A DNA stretch of 63,999 bases, filler included, from Perkinsus olseni (taxonomy: Eukaryota): assembly GCA_013115125.1 (NCBI GenBank). It is 5 parts of 5 records of this genome, joined end to end, with 100 filler letters (N's around TTAATTAATTAA, not from the genome) between each part and the next. Parts side by side here need not be neighbours in the genome. Positions count along the whole stretch, not along the records: positions 1 to 13,093 come from JABANN010000772.1; positions 13,194 to 26,237 come from JABANN010000773.1; 3 more parts are not named here. One strand, written 5' to 3'. The notes below the pieces were generated by a model, which did no database searches, was not told where the DNA came from, and was given only the letters and a program-made list of their open reading frames with translations. How positions within the stretch are numbered: the first letter of the stretch is position 1; each line of letters opens with the position of its first letter. A program made the position numbers and the translations under genes. Below, in pieces: positions 1-13,660 of this stretch.

Positions 1-923
1 CACGCACCGACCATCTGAGCTAACCAATACAAGGCCGAGTTCAACCCGCGAGTTCTGACTGTGAATAGTACACCGTTGACGCCGTTGAAGACATAAGTGT
101 AGAAATAAGTCGAACCAAAGAATAAGATGAATAACATGAGCATGTTCTTATCGAGAATAACCGATGCCGCTCCGGTGAACTCCTCCTTAACTCCTTTCAG
201 TGGAACGATCACCGCACGACTTCCATTCTCCAAAACAACCTTTGACGGATCGCGTAACAAAAGGAAGGCAGCCACGGACCCCATAATCATAACCGCTATG
301 AATACGAAATACGAAGCAGGACTAGCCGTATCAGTTTCTGTGTCGAAGTTGAGCGCTAGCTGCAGTATTCCACCAACGAAGCCCCCCAAATTGAAGATCA
401 CCCAAAATACCGCGATGTAATGCCCTCTACGATCCTGTGGAGCATAGGCCAGTATTAGCGCCCCTTGCGCTGTCCAAAGCCATCCCGCACCGAAGCCTAG
501 AATAGCACCAGCCAAGATGAACAGCCACCCAGTATTGGCTATATGACCAGAGATGTACGCAGCAGCAGCGTAGAAGGCGTAAGTTAAGCCCCCGGCGCCC
601 ATTAAGAGTCGCGGGCCGAGCAGGTTGAAGAAGAATCCACCGAAATAGCCGAAGACAGCGAAGCAGGCATAAAGGGCGATGTTGGCAGGGTCGTTTGCCG
701 AAGGGTTAGCGTTGCCAGCTCCACCGAGACCTTGTAGAGCATTGAAGAATCCCGAGCAACAAAAGCATATCCATCCCGTGATGAGGACTTGCGTGTACCC
801 TTTATTAAGAAAAGGGATGCGCAGAGGAATTGGACTAGACTGCATGTGTCCCCTCGTTGAGCTTCCACTGGCCGCCTCGTTGCCTTCGGGAGGAGGGTTA
901 GGGACTCCTAAACGTGTTACCAT
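1..923 (-). CDS. UNC-93-like MFS transporter, copy 1 (3' end runs off the window)
   Basis: ATG at 923 is in frame with ...GYTQVLITGWICFCCSGFFNALQGLGGAG...FFNLLGPRLLMGAGG...LWTAQGALILAY; intronless; paralogue at 2389-3809. Confidence 0.85.
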   Translation of the reverse strand, partial: MVTRLGVPNPPPEGNEAASGSSTRGHMQSSPIPLRIPFLNKGYTQVLITGWICFCCSGFFNALQGLGGAGNANPSANDPANIALYACFAVFGYFGGFFFNLLGPRLLMGAGGLTYAFYAAAAYISGHIANTGWLFILAGAILGFGAGWLWTAQGALILAYAPQDRRGHYIAVFWVIFNLGGFVGGILQLALNFDTETDTASPASYFVFIAVMIMGSVAAFLLLRDPSKVVLENGSRAVIVPLKGVKEEFTGAASVILDKNMLMLFILFFGSTYFYTYVFNGVNGVLFTVRTRGLNSALYWLAQMVGA

Positions 924-2388
924 GAGTTTCCGGAGCGAAACAATTACCCAAAAGAGACTGTCACCGTCACTAACATGATGAGAACCTCCCTTGATGATTG
1001 AACTGATTGATAAGGGCCCCCAGATAGACCGGCGCAGCCTTCACAACCACGAGGATAACGACTCAATAATTTCTCGGGCTCGTCAGAACAGGATCTCAGG
1101 GAATCCGGACTACTAATCGTCGTCTGATATGCATTCTTGAGCATTTCCAACGCAACATGGAATGTTCCGACAGCACGCACAATGTGCGGTGCAGGTTAGT
1201 ATAGGACTGGGCGTTACGGGCAAACCGAGAAGAAAGGGGTATTTCAGTCGGCCAGGTGATGAGAATCGGTAGGAGCCAAGCTATATGAGACAGGTAACTT
1301 TGCCGGCATGAATACTCTGCAGCTTCGTTCTGCACGCTGCCGGGGTCATGTTCATACACCGAACAATAGCTGGTCGGCCTCGGCTGCACAATGGACTTAC
1401 GTCGGCAAAACGAGACTAACGCGATCTCTCTTGGTACAGTCTGAGACCAGTCCGATCAACGCCAGCACCACGTCACATCAGCGATCCACTCTTACGCTTC
1501 CCATCAAGCAGTGCAGCAGGCATGCGGAGAACTCGAAACGACTGAGCATGGAGGGGTGGATGCCACCCCCAACACAAGGAGAATGACCTTCCAGCCTGCC
1601 GTATCATAATGAGTCTGCCTGCATAGCAGAAGCTCATCTCGTGGAAGCCATAGGCAAGACATCCCAATCCACGGTTCCCTGAGTTCTACGCTGGACCACC
1701 GACCCGAGTAGTCCAGGATATATATTTACTTTCCGCTCCATCTCTCGAGAGACGCCTGCACCATCCTGCAAATATCCTCTACCAAGCTAATTATTTCACC
1801 GGACAACGGTTGAGGTGCCGAGCGCTCTGATAGGAACACGGCCTACAACTGTCGACAAGCTTCCGACTACTGGAAACGACGGGCGGTTATGCAACTGAGG
1901 AAAAAACTGAGCTAAGCCCGAGCAGTCGTAGGACGAAATCGATGCAGACTCCACCCAGAGAGAGGATAGACGCTGGTAAGCAATCCTAAAATCCACCCCA
2001 CTACACTTTGGTGATGTATATACAAGCCACAAGCACGATGTCTTCAATCTGAAGCTAACTTCGGGCAACGCAGAACAGTTACAGACGTGGGAAACATATT
2101 ACCGAAGCGGAAGCCTCAAGCTGAGATATATGAGATACCTATGCGACTGGGAAATGAAATTGCATTACGGGTGAGCAACCCCCCTCTGGTGAATGACTCC
2201 CGAGGAAGTACCGAGCTGATGAGTTGTGCGATCTACATCCACCCCTCATACACGATATACGACGCGGACTCCAGCGGGGCTACCACAAAAGCTGAATGAG
2301 CAGAATAAATGAATGATAGGCGAGGAAAAGTACTGACAATATCTACACTAGGGCCGCGGTTACGGGCCCGTACCTCGAGTTTGTGCAG

Positions 2389-3809
2389 CTACCTGACTGC
2401 AGAGGACACCACATCTCCGTCAAGAGAAACCTCCACTGACTTTGTTCCAATCTTCCTCGTAACGAGCCATGTGGTCGGCATGCTGATGAGGAAGATTCCC
2501 CAACATATCCAAAATTGAGTCGTATAGGCTACCCTCAACTCAGGGAGATCGACGATGAAGGATGACGTAGCTCCGATGCATTCAACAGCCTTGTAAAAGC
2601 CGGTATACCTAGCAGCCAATGTGGCATTAGCGGCGGAAAGGGTACCCAGTATCCAGTAGGTATAAATTTGTATAACTGAATCTCCAAAACCATAAAGAAT
2701 AATGACAATACACGGGTACCAGTAGGTGGTATCGGTTAGATCAATCCTGTCAGCGTCTGCGACTATATTAGTATAACGATCATACCCACCTCGGTAACCA
2801 TATTGGAGGTAACATCCCAACGCGTAAACAATGTTGAATGATATGAAGACGAACCAGAAGCCCATTACACCGCGAGCCCTGAGTGTCCTCCTTGGGTAAT
2901 CGAGCAACAGTCCACACGTCCACGCACCGACCATCTGAGCTAACCAATACAAGGCCGAGTTCAACCCGCGAGTTCTGACTGTGAATAGTACACCATTGAC
3001 GCCGTTGAATACATAAGTGTAGAAATAATTCGAACCAAAGAATAAAATCAATAACATAAGCATGTTCTTATCAAGAGTAACCGATGCCGCTCCGTTGAAC
3101 TCCTCCTTAACTCCTTTCAGTGGAACGATCACCGCACGACTTCCATTCTCCAAAACAATCTTTGACGGATCGCGTAACAAAAGGAAGGCAGCCACGGACC
3201 CCATAATCATAACCGCTATGAATACGAAATACGAAGCAGGACTAGCCGTATCAGTTTCTGTGTCGAAGTTGAGCGCTAGCTGCAGTATTCCACCAACGAA
3301 GCCACCGAGATTGAAGATCACCCAAAATACCGCGATGTAATGCCCTTTACGATCCTGTGGAGCATAGGCCAGTATTAGCGCCCCTTGCGCTGTCCAAAGC
3401 CATCCCGCACCGAAGCCTAGAATAGCACCAGCCAAGATGAAGAGCCAACCAGTATTGGCTATATGACCAGAGATGTACGCAGCAGCAGCGTAGAAGGCGT
3501 AAGTTAAGCCCCCGGCGCCCATTAAGAGTCGCGGCCGAGCAGGTCGAAAAAAAATCCGCCGAAATAACTGAAAGTAGCAGCGGACACGCCAAGCGCGATG
3601 CTTGCCGGGTCGGCAGCAGAAGGGTTAGCATTGCCAGCTCCACCGAGACCTGCAAGGGCGTTGAAGAAGCCGGGGAGGCAGAAAAAGATGAGCCCGATAA
3701 TGATAACCTGAGTGTATCCCCTGCTGAGTACGGGGACTGGTGAAGGCTGCTTTGAGAAGTTATCTTCCACCAGGAAAGAGTCATCATCTCCAGACGACGA
3801 CGATGTCAT
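2389..3809 (-). pseudogene. UNC-93-like MFS transporter, copy 2, with a 1-nt frameshift (pseudogene or sequencing error)
   Basis: ORFs 3522-3809 and 2389-3522 join into a full multi-TM MFS protein if one G is restored near 3533 (gcggccgag here versus gcgggccgag in copy 1). Confidence 0.8.
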
Positions 3810-3899
3810 TCACTAGTCGCGAACTGATGACCCAGAGATCCTGCGAAGAACGTGCAACTCAGTGGTTGCTAGTCGAGGACTCCAACCAACTGATGGCCA

Positions 3900-4469
3900 A
3901 CGTGATAGGCGAACCCCAACAACGATCAGCGAAACTGAAACTAATTTCGGAAACGACGGCACATGATAATCACCACGGGGCTCAATCCGTCGTATTTGCT
4001 GGCAGGGCACTCTTCAGGCCTTCCAATCCCGGAAAGCACGACAAGGGTGGTAACGTCCGTAGCGCCTGGGAGAGAGAGGTTCAACACCTTCTCCATTATC
4101 AACAACGATACCCCTACTGACCTCCCTGTGGTCAGCAGTGAGCTCTGACATAAGCCTTGGGTCTTTCACAAAATGACGACATATCTCTCTGATGAGCTCG
4201 GTGGTCTCGGGACCCGGATTAGTCTGTTGGCCTTCCGCCTCTGAAAAAAACGAAGATAATTAATACATGCTGCGAGAGGGCATACCCATAATGTTACGGA
4301 ACAATGCCAGTATGATAGATACCCCATATCGCGCATGGTAAACCCAAGTTGCATTGCCCCTATGCCGAAGTTGCTGAGCGATATCCTCTAAATCAGAAGG
4401 GTGAATGGAGGCGCAACCCTGAAAACGAACAACGACGAACAAGTCATTCTCATCAATACGAGTAGTCAC
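3900..4469 (-). CDS. Hypothetical multi-exon protein
   Basis: ORF MTTRIDENDLFVVVRF... followed by GT-AG-bounded segments; no recognised domain; ends approximate. Confidence 0.3.
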
Positions 4470-4699
4470 CGAAGAAAACTTTTAGCTGCTTCAAAGCCGA
4501 AACGCAACGCGGAAGCTCGAGGTCAAGGCTCCTCGGAATGGACGAAGCCCTCAGATTGGTATCGTGACAGCTCCTATCACTCATTCGCTTGCTGCCAAGC
4601 GCACGAGCTCGGGTAAGTCGACGATTCCAAGCATTCAATCGTAGTGGTGACATCTCTCTGAGATTCACGCTGATTTCAGACTATTGTGCTAGCCAGATG

Positions 4700-6964
4700 A
4701 GATATTCGGCGTCGACACAAGTCGGACACGCATGACATTCACCAACGATCAGGATACTCTTCACTACCACACCTCTGCATATTCTCTGTTAATTTCTTGG
4801 ATCGTACACACGAGTATACTTACCTGTATGAGTATACCCACTGGAAGCAGTGGAGCCCTCTTAGCGAATGCTCTTCCCGCGGAGCGATACAATCGACCAC
4901 AACTCACATTTGATCCCTCAGAAGAGTCCTGCCCTGGGCCGCTGAGGCGTCTGCAGGAATCATCAAGGACCACTAAAGCCAACAGATTAGCATGGTGATC
5001 CACTCACCGACACGCCGGCAATATAAGGAGAAGCTGGTTTCCATCAAGAAGATCGACAGCAGGCAACAGTATAGCCGCCACCATATTCGAAAACTCAGGG
5101 CACTCTAAGCCAAGTCGATGCATGGCATATAACTGACAAACAAAAAGTACAGCTATACTCACTGCTGTGATAGCCTTAAGGGGAGCGAATGATGAATCAT
5201 ATTTAAGTTAATCTTCGGGGCACAGCAGTAATTACGTAGGAGAAATTCAAGAGATGACCGCGTCCATCAGGAACGCGTCGGGCTCAGACTAGAGCGAGTA
5301 TTCACCTCTCGAATACTACCAAGCTGCATGCTGTAGGTAGATGCTTGGATAGAGATTCCTCTTCATCAGCCACTCTCTCGGCGATATGTCCAAACATAGC
5401 GAACACAGCATCGGAGGACTCGATATGGAGCTTACCGAAGGCGAACGAAATCTGATTCAACCTTATACATTCGCAACCTAGTGTCATGGCTAAGAACGAA
5501 CCATAACCTTCGAGAGAAGTAATCGTGTTAGAGCGTGCGGCCACTACCTGCCCGATGTCAATCAACGATAACCTCTCCACTGAGTCTCCTACTATATCAG
5601 CTAGAATATTCATGAACGCTGCATCTTCAAAACGTAATTTAGCCAGAGCCATGGCCACGTTGGCGAGGCCCTGTCCGAAGGCTTCTTCGCCCAGCTTAGC
5701 CGAGCTGGACTGAGGTCATCATGATATCTCTGACGCTGACGAGAAGTAGGATAGGCGGTTACCACAAGAGATCGGTTGCGATGCCCTTCTTTGATACAGG
5801 CCAATATATGAGCGATTATATCCTTGGTGATCTCGTTGTTGCGCAGTGGTTCGATCGAAACTATCGAACTTAGCGTCATGCCGAATCTGAATCGTAGTCA
5901 TGGTCATTCACGGTGAAGAAAACCAGGGTTGTAGATGTGCCTTACTCTCGGAGAGGGGTCCTGTACGATAGCTTTCCCCGCAAGCTCGACAGGATATTGG
6001 AACAAGCTTCTATCGAGTGGTCCTGTGGTAAGACTGGCGATGACTCCGACGACCTGAAGCAGTAAGGGTTCCTCGCCTCACGAACCGCTCCCTTCTTATA
6101 GACAAATGGTCATATAGAAGCTCAAATCCCGGTCGAGTGAATCTCTTCGGCACTGCCAACACTACATCCTGTGCTCCTTCCTACGTTGCCGATGTGACCT
6201 CTCCTTCATAAACCGTTCTATCGCCTTCAACGTGAGAACCTGTAAGAGTTATCGGTTTGGAAGTGGCATCAATGAAGAGACAGGGAGATCTACCCAATCG
6301 ACGTGCTCATTACCAAGTCTTGAGAATTGAACTTTTGTAGATTTGCTGGTACTACGAGGCACGCAGCAACTGCCGAGAACGCCTTGTCCACAGTAGGCCA
6401 TCCACTCTGAGACCGGAAATACCTGCCAACAAAGAAACGTAAAGCTACCTATTGATGATGGTTATTACATCATTACTGGGACCTGGTACATGATTGAAGA
6501 GTTAGACTCAGCTTCATCGGTCCAAGCTCTGCCAAAGCATTCTCGGAGACAACTATGGCAGCCAATGTACTAGCCCAGTCCTCGGGTGTATCGTCCTTTG
6601 GTGTGGAAGTGGAAACACAGTACCTGGTGTCGCACGAAGTATGAGGCAGAAGCTAGAAGATTATCGATGTCGATACTACCTGCTCTGCTGCCCATCGTGT
6701 GGCTGCCGTGCATAACGCCCCTGACAAGAGGGTTGGAGTACCAAGCTGGAATGCTGAGTTGCAGCCCTCGCTCCAAGTACTGAGAGTCTGGTGGAGGGCA
6801 TGATAAAGCGGCGGGGAATATCCACAAACGGCAGTACTGCAGACTGTGCAAACCGTTAACTACGATTTCAGTCAAGGGAATCATGCCAAACACAAGTACG
6901 TGTTACAGGCACGAGATGGACGCAATAATACGCTATGGAAGCGGACGAGAGGGCAGTATACCAT
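4700..6964 (-). CDS. Helical-repeat protein (RAP/HPR/FASTK-like), possibly mitochondrial
   Basis: Repeated helical motifs GLANVAMALAKLRFED, ISFAFGKLHIE, LYAMHRLGLE; Arg/Ser-rich N-terminus from a candidate ATG at 6964; boundaries approximate. Confidence 0.45.
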
Positions 6965-7264
6965 TTGATAGAGGAAGTGCCGAGGAGGGCTGAACAGTGT
7001 ATGATGAGAGAAACTACTTACTATTATTACGGCAACTTAGGCAGCAACAATGATACAGGAATTGAAGCACTAGGTACTGCAGATACTAGAACTGATGAAC
7101 GGGCATGATAATCACTTTTTCTCCTCGCTATTGCTGCTTGGGTCGGCGCTCGTCGCCGGTGATGACACTGGATTCGGCTCTTGGAGGGGGAACAATTTCA
7201 TTCCAGGGAAGAATACCTGTAATGGTCTTGACCCAACGACCAACACCTCCCAAGCCGGAGACGA

Positions 7265-8508
7265 TCACGATTGCCGATCTACTATTGAGCTTACCGATCC
7301 TCTGAAGAGGAGTGGAATCAATGGGCGCTGCGGTTGCGACTTCGGTCGAGGTGGCGTGGTCCCATCGTGCGTTGTAGAACACTCAGGCTTGGATCTAGGC
7401 TGCGAACGCTGCAGCAAAGTCGCTACCGGTACTTGCTGCTGTGGTGACTCATCCGTAGTAGCGGGAGAGGACGGTTGTGGCGACGAGAGCGTCACACACT
7501 CAGGTATGGACGGTAAAGGAGAGGGGACTGGTATCGATACGATCTTAGTGGGATCGCCGCCAGGGCGCATACTCTGACGAAGGACCAATGAAAAGAAGCG
7601 AAGAATTTGCCAAATAGCCAAATATTACTCCCTGTCCGCTAGCAGCACGAGAAGGTAGCTTGCCTCGAGCCCTGGCTACCATGTCAGGTGGACAGGAGCC
7701 TCCAATCACCGGACCGAGGCGTGCCTAGAGAGTCGGCAAAGCAGCTTCTTCGAGACTACTCGAGAGAAAGTACACAGATGTAGTATTGCTCCAGAAGCGA
7801 GGGAGCCGGGTTTCCTTTCGTGACGAATCCTCCATCCCACCAAGCTATGTTCCTTATTACATTGCGCAATATAGCCTCTTCACTAACCCATGGATGATAG
7901 ACATTGAACAACTCGGTGCAGTCCTTCCCAGCACCTTGTAGTAGTTCCCCTCGGCCACCAGGATGGTAATCCAAATACGATGTTACGTCATATCTGATGA
8001 ATATCATAACCATGTGTGCGGACCAAGGTACGGATAAGAAGAGGGCTTACACGACACCATTGATGACCGTCCAGCAGTCATGCTTCGAATTATGCTGGGC
8101 AACCTCTTCCCAGGTGAGCTTATCTGGAGGGAATGATAGAGGCTTGTTATCGGCCATGATCCTCATGTATGCGAACTGAAAACCAGAGCAGTGTTTGAAA
8201 CCCGAAACCCGAACAAAACGGCCTGCCGAGATGTCTTCAACGGCATTTTGAGCTCTTCACGTGAGTTCTCTCACCTGGTTTTTGCTCTTAACCTTCCTTC
8301 GAGGTGGAAGAGTAGGAGTTGATGGCGTCTGCAGCCTTTTAGGCTCAGGTGCAGTAGAAGACTGGACGCTGCTCCTCTGACTACGATCTATCTCCTCCTT
8401 CACACGATCAGCAAAAGACACATGACCAGAGTGGGAATGCCGAGTCTGGTCTGGTCGCTCGTCAGGTGGGACGCGAATGCCCTCAGGAGCCTTTGGTGGA
8501 TCGCTCAT
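7265..8508 (-). CDS. Cytochrome b5-like heme-binding domain protein
   Basis: Exons give LTWEEVAQHNSKHDCWTVINGVV and YDVTSYLDYHPGGRGELLQGAGKDCTELFNVYHPWV; Pro/Ser-rich flanks; 3' end approximate. Confidence 0.8.
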
Positions 8509-8775
8509 AGTAGATGATAAAAAGAGAGGCTGATGGTGGACTGAGGTGATACGTTGGCCCACAGGCAGCTCAACTTATCCTACATAGGCCGAGGTCCTTG
8601 AAATGATTTCCACTCCCACCCGAATGATCACTTGCAACGCTTCTCAATCGTGGGGCACATCGAAAAATAACCAATGAGCTGGTATCAACACACAGTGAAT
8701 GATGATGAGTTTGTTGTCGGGTATATTGTAATCACTAATAAATAGTGCAAATAGTCCTGTGCACCCCTTCTAGTT

Positions 8776-9354
8776 TTACCACACTTCTCCCTCCTTAACA
8801 ACGACCTCCTGCTTATTCTGCGACTCGTAATTAGGGGAGTTAGTAGTTGAACTGCCATTGCTCGATCTATTTTCATTCTTGCTCCCTTCACTTGCATGAT
8901 TTTTCCGTCCAGCAATCTGTTCCTCGGGAGCATCGCCAAGAATCTTGCCAACGTGGTCCTGATGAAACCATCCATCAAATCTCCTCTCCACGAGCGCCGA
9001 ATGCTGCGTCTCAGACGACATAGAGACGTATTATTACTACCTTGAAGAGCAGGATCTCCGGCTTCACTTTGGGGTGTACATGGTCGAATACTTCTGTGCA
9101 GTCCTTCCCGCATGCCATGTATATTGTCCGTGGGCCACCAGGATGATGATTAGCAAACTTCGTTACATCATACCTAACCATGACACGGAAGAACAAGTAA
9201 GTTAAGGGACTTCGACGCGATGATCACGAGAGCCTTGCTACTACACCTGCTGTCGAACAGCTGTCCAGCAGTGATCTGCTTCATCGTGCTGAGATAACTC
9301 TTCCCAAGTGACTTCTCGTTTAGAACTCGATGATGAAGAGAGTACTCCACCCAT
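8776..9354 (-). CDS. Cytochrome b5-like protein with a candidate N-myristoylation start
   Basis: MGGVLSSSSSSKREVTWEELSQHDEADHCWTAVRQQV / YDVTKFANHHPGGPRTIYMACGKDCTEVFDHVHPKV / DHVGKI. Confidence 0.8.
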
Positions 9355-9577
9355 TATATGAGGAAAACGATTCACAACAACTGCAATCTACCAATCGGCA
9401 CAAGAACAAGGCCTGGTCATGCTTTAGCCTCACGATCCCGAAAGTGACGGTTCCTGAAATTCCATCCTCGGACGCCTTCCGCCTCACCGGGAAACACGAC
9501 CCTACAGGAGTCTAGTTCGAGAAGCTCATGATGGCATGCAGAAGGAGGACATATTGAGACGACCTCGATGGCACGCC

Positions 9578-10650
9578 TTACTCTTCAGTTGCTGCCACCG
9601 CGGGGCTTCTACCAAGAACATTACACATCCGGCTTCGATACATCCCAGCAGCAGCAGCAGTCAAGGCCGACCCTCGAAGCTGCAAATCCTGACCATGCAT
9701 CGCTGTGGATATCATATCGTTACGGAAGGCCTCGAAGTCAACCAACGATAGGAGAAAGTCAAACCTGACGTAGTTGCTGTTGATGAGAAAGCTGCAGGGC
9801 GAAATGACGATAGTCGGAATATGAACGGTTATCCACTCCCTAATCGCTACACTTCTTCAGCCTGCATGTCACAATAACCGCAGTTGTCGTTGTTGTTGCC
9901 ATCCACGTGACCTTTCAACACGTCACGGCATTCCTCAACAAACTGCGCCAGGTTGAAGTTAGGATGCTGGTGTATGGAAGAGGAACAGAATAGTTATTGA
10001 ATCGCATGTAGCATACCCACCTGCTCTTGGACTCGCGATACGAGCAAATCTTCGATATCATCGCAGTACCTTCGAGAATGCGGAGTAGGTAGCTAGCTAG
10101 GCGAGAGTACACACTTTTTGAAAAGTACGTAATGCTCATGCTTGTATTCTGGAGGGCTGCTGTCCGACGTGGAGATCGCCTCGCTCTTGAAATCATCACA
10201 GTGTTCGTGCATGAACTGTTCAACTCTCTCTTGGAGAGGTCCAGAGCATACCACCTGGGCATCACTACTGGTGGTGCTTTAGACTAGTTTTTATGCTTGG
10301 AGTACATTTCTTTACCTCGAAGACGCTTGCCAGGACCTCCACGAAACAGCTCCTATCGAGGCTGGTGGGATGGGTGACATCTTCTGGGGAGAAGATATCA
10401 CGTCTAGACCGATGGCATACATAAGCATCTCTGTAACCCACCATCAACGACAAGTATCTCATCCTCTGGCTCTCGAGGAGGGGATGGAGCATCCAGTGGA
10501 CCTCCCGCACAGCCCGAGCCATCCTTTCGACAATCCTGCAAATCCAACAAACCCAATTAGCCATCGAAGCCGTGTTCGTCTGTCACGAATGCAGCATGCT
10601 TCCCTTACTTGATCATGGGTCGGGTTGCTGGTCTTCGCAGGTTGTGTCAT
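9578..10650 (-). CDS. BART (ARL2-binding) domain protein, ARL2BP/CFAP36-like
   Basis: Spliced segments LQERVEQFMHEHCDDF...EYKHEHY, YCDDIEDLLVSRVQEQ, HPNFNLAQFVEEC and LVDFEAFRNDMI fit the BART pattern; ends approximate. Confidence 0.6.
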
Positions 10651-10783
10651 TGAGGTAAAGCGAAAATGGTACTCCACTGACAAAGAAAGCCATATGACAA
10701 CGGTCCTAGAAGATTAATCCCACAGCCAGGAAACGAGGTCACACAACACTGAGCGAAGACGTTGAAGCTTCCAAAACCGATCA

Positions 10784-11766
10784 TCACGGTGTACCGCTGG
10801 TATGACTGTGACTCCGACTCTCACTGCTACCATCATTAGCACTCTTCGTCGAGTCTTCTTTCGATAGGTCGACAACACCATCCGTGGGCAGTGCTACCTT
10901 CGCACCCAGCCCCACATGGCCTTCTCGTCGCTCAGTGAAAATAGGCTGTTGGACTGAAAAGGGACACCACAGCCATGCCGAGATGGACACCGCTCCTCGG
11001 AGAACTCAAACCATTGATCCAGGTAGTACCATGTCTATCCTTATCAAATCCCATCCCTCGAAGCATAGCCATACCGAATTCTTCAATCGGAATCTCTCTA
11101 GTGTCTTTAGATTCATCAAAGTCTTCATCGTGTCCCTTCGTTTTTCGTCGTTTATTGACTTGGCACAAAATAGGTTCCACTCCGTCCACTGCCTGGCCGA
11201 ACTCCTCCGCAGTGGTAAGATCAGAGCTCCGCGCCCGAGCATCATTGAAAAGCTCTCGGATGGCTTGGGCGTCCTCCGAATCTGCTCCATCAATTTCAAT
11301 AGGAGACGTGGACGAGGAGGAGGGCCTGATGATGAACATCTTAGAATACCTGATCTCATCAAAGTTCAGGAATACTCGTACGATTCTGAGGGAGGGGTTG
11401 ATCGGGCCCCTGGATTAATCGTGGTAGCCTCGGTAGGGGCATTGAGGATAGTGTGCTTGCCCTGCTTCGGCTCAAGTCGGTGGAGACCTATCATGAATTA
11501 ATCGCCCCGGCCATGTCGCACATCACACGTACATGGTATTATGAATTCTTTATTCTCTGGAGTCGGTGGTTTATCCGTCTTCATTACGCCAGATGCTGAC
11601 ATACTGACGAGGCGAGTCCCTGAAAGAATATTTCGACACATATGCATCGCTCCTTATGTGCCACACCGGGCAACTCGCTCTTACGCTGCTCCGTAGCTGA
11701 TACCGGCCTATGCTTCTGTTTAGCAGCCTTCTTCGGCTTAGTCTTGATAGAGAACGATAGTTTCAT
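10784..11766 (-). CDS. G-patch domain splicing factor (Spp2/MOS2/GPKOW-like)
   Basis: Starts MKLSFSIK; EIPIEEFGMAMLRGMGF ... RREGHVGLGA is the G-patch_2 pattern. Confidence 0.75.
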
Positions 11767-11913
11767 TTCAACACGTACAGGATACCATGCAAAAGACTGT
11801 AACCGAAGGCACTTACACTTGGTCCGGCATATCGGTACCGGACGACTCAACCAGACGCTGGCAGTGTGCGGGGTTAGGAAACGTATTAGCTTTTGAGGTA
11901 CACTACGAGTAGT

Positions 11914-12925
<1,012 letters not shown>

Positions 12926-13093
12926 GGCGTAAACCAGTAAAACTCCTATGGACATGTTAGTCACCGATGGAGATCTTAATCATACACTTTTAAGTGTCAC
13001 GCATCGTGACAGGGCGGAATGGATGCCCGTGAAACCAGCACTAAATCCGTGAACTGAGAACTACATGCAATTGCACGAAAATAAATGCAGAGA

Positions 13094-13193
13094 NNNNNNN
13101 NNNNNNNNNNNNNNNNNNNNNNNNNNNNNNNNNNNNNTTAATTAATTAANNNNNNNNNNNNNNNNNNNNNNNNNNNNNNNNNNNNNNNNNNNN
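13094..13193. other. Artificial contig linker
   Basis: N44 + TTAATTAATTAA (stops in all six frames) + N44. Confidence 0.97.
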
Positions 13194-13660
13194 TACTGAG
13201 ACCTACGACTATGTACGATGGCTTGCGTTAACTATAAGGGTCACATCAAGCACTCATTACTCAACATGGACGACAGACAGCACAACACCACGAACTCACC
13301 TTACCCTCTTCACAGGACAGGAACCTTCGAGTTCTCTACAAACCTGGTCTCAGTTCTATACTGCAAAGCCTGCGTTGCCCTTCGACAGGCGTAGTGCACT
13401 CGCTAACAAGACACATACCGTAGATTTTCGATGCTGATCCCGCATCGCGGAACACTCGGGAGCACGTGCGCATGCGTGCAAAGGGCGGCGTCACGGCCCC
13501 CTTCTTTCGAACGGGAGTCCGAGTGATCGAACGATCGTAATCTGGACAGTGGACATCCATACAGCCCGGCTGAATCTTCGCCCTGGTGACTTTCTCTGGT
13601 GCTTCAGGTTTGGTTGACAAGTTTCCTGACAGTTGTTCTCGTCACAGCTGCCTCAGGGAA

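Noticed and set aside
8776-10650. BART-cytochrome b5 fusion
   Set aside because: The BART frame has a TAA near 9578 and the b5 gene has its own ATG at 9354; fusion is not required
13138-13149. TTAATTAATTAA as a biological motif
   Set aside because: Standard all-frame-stop spacer flanked by Ns
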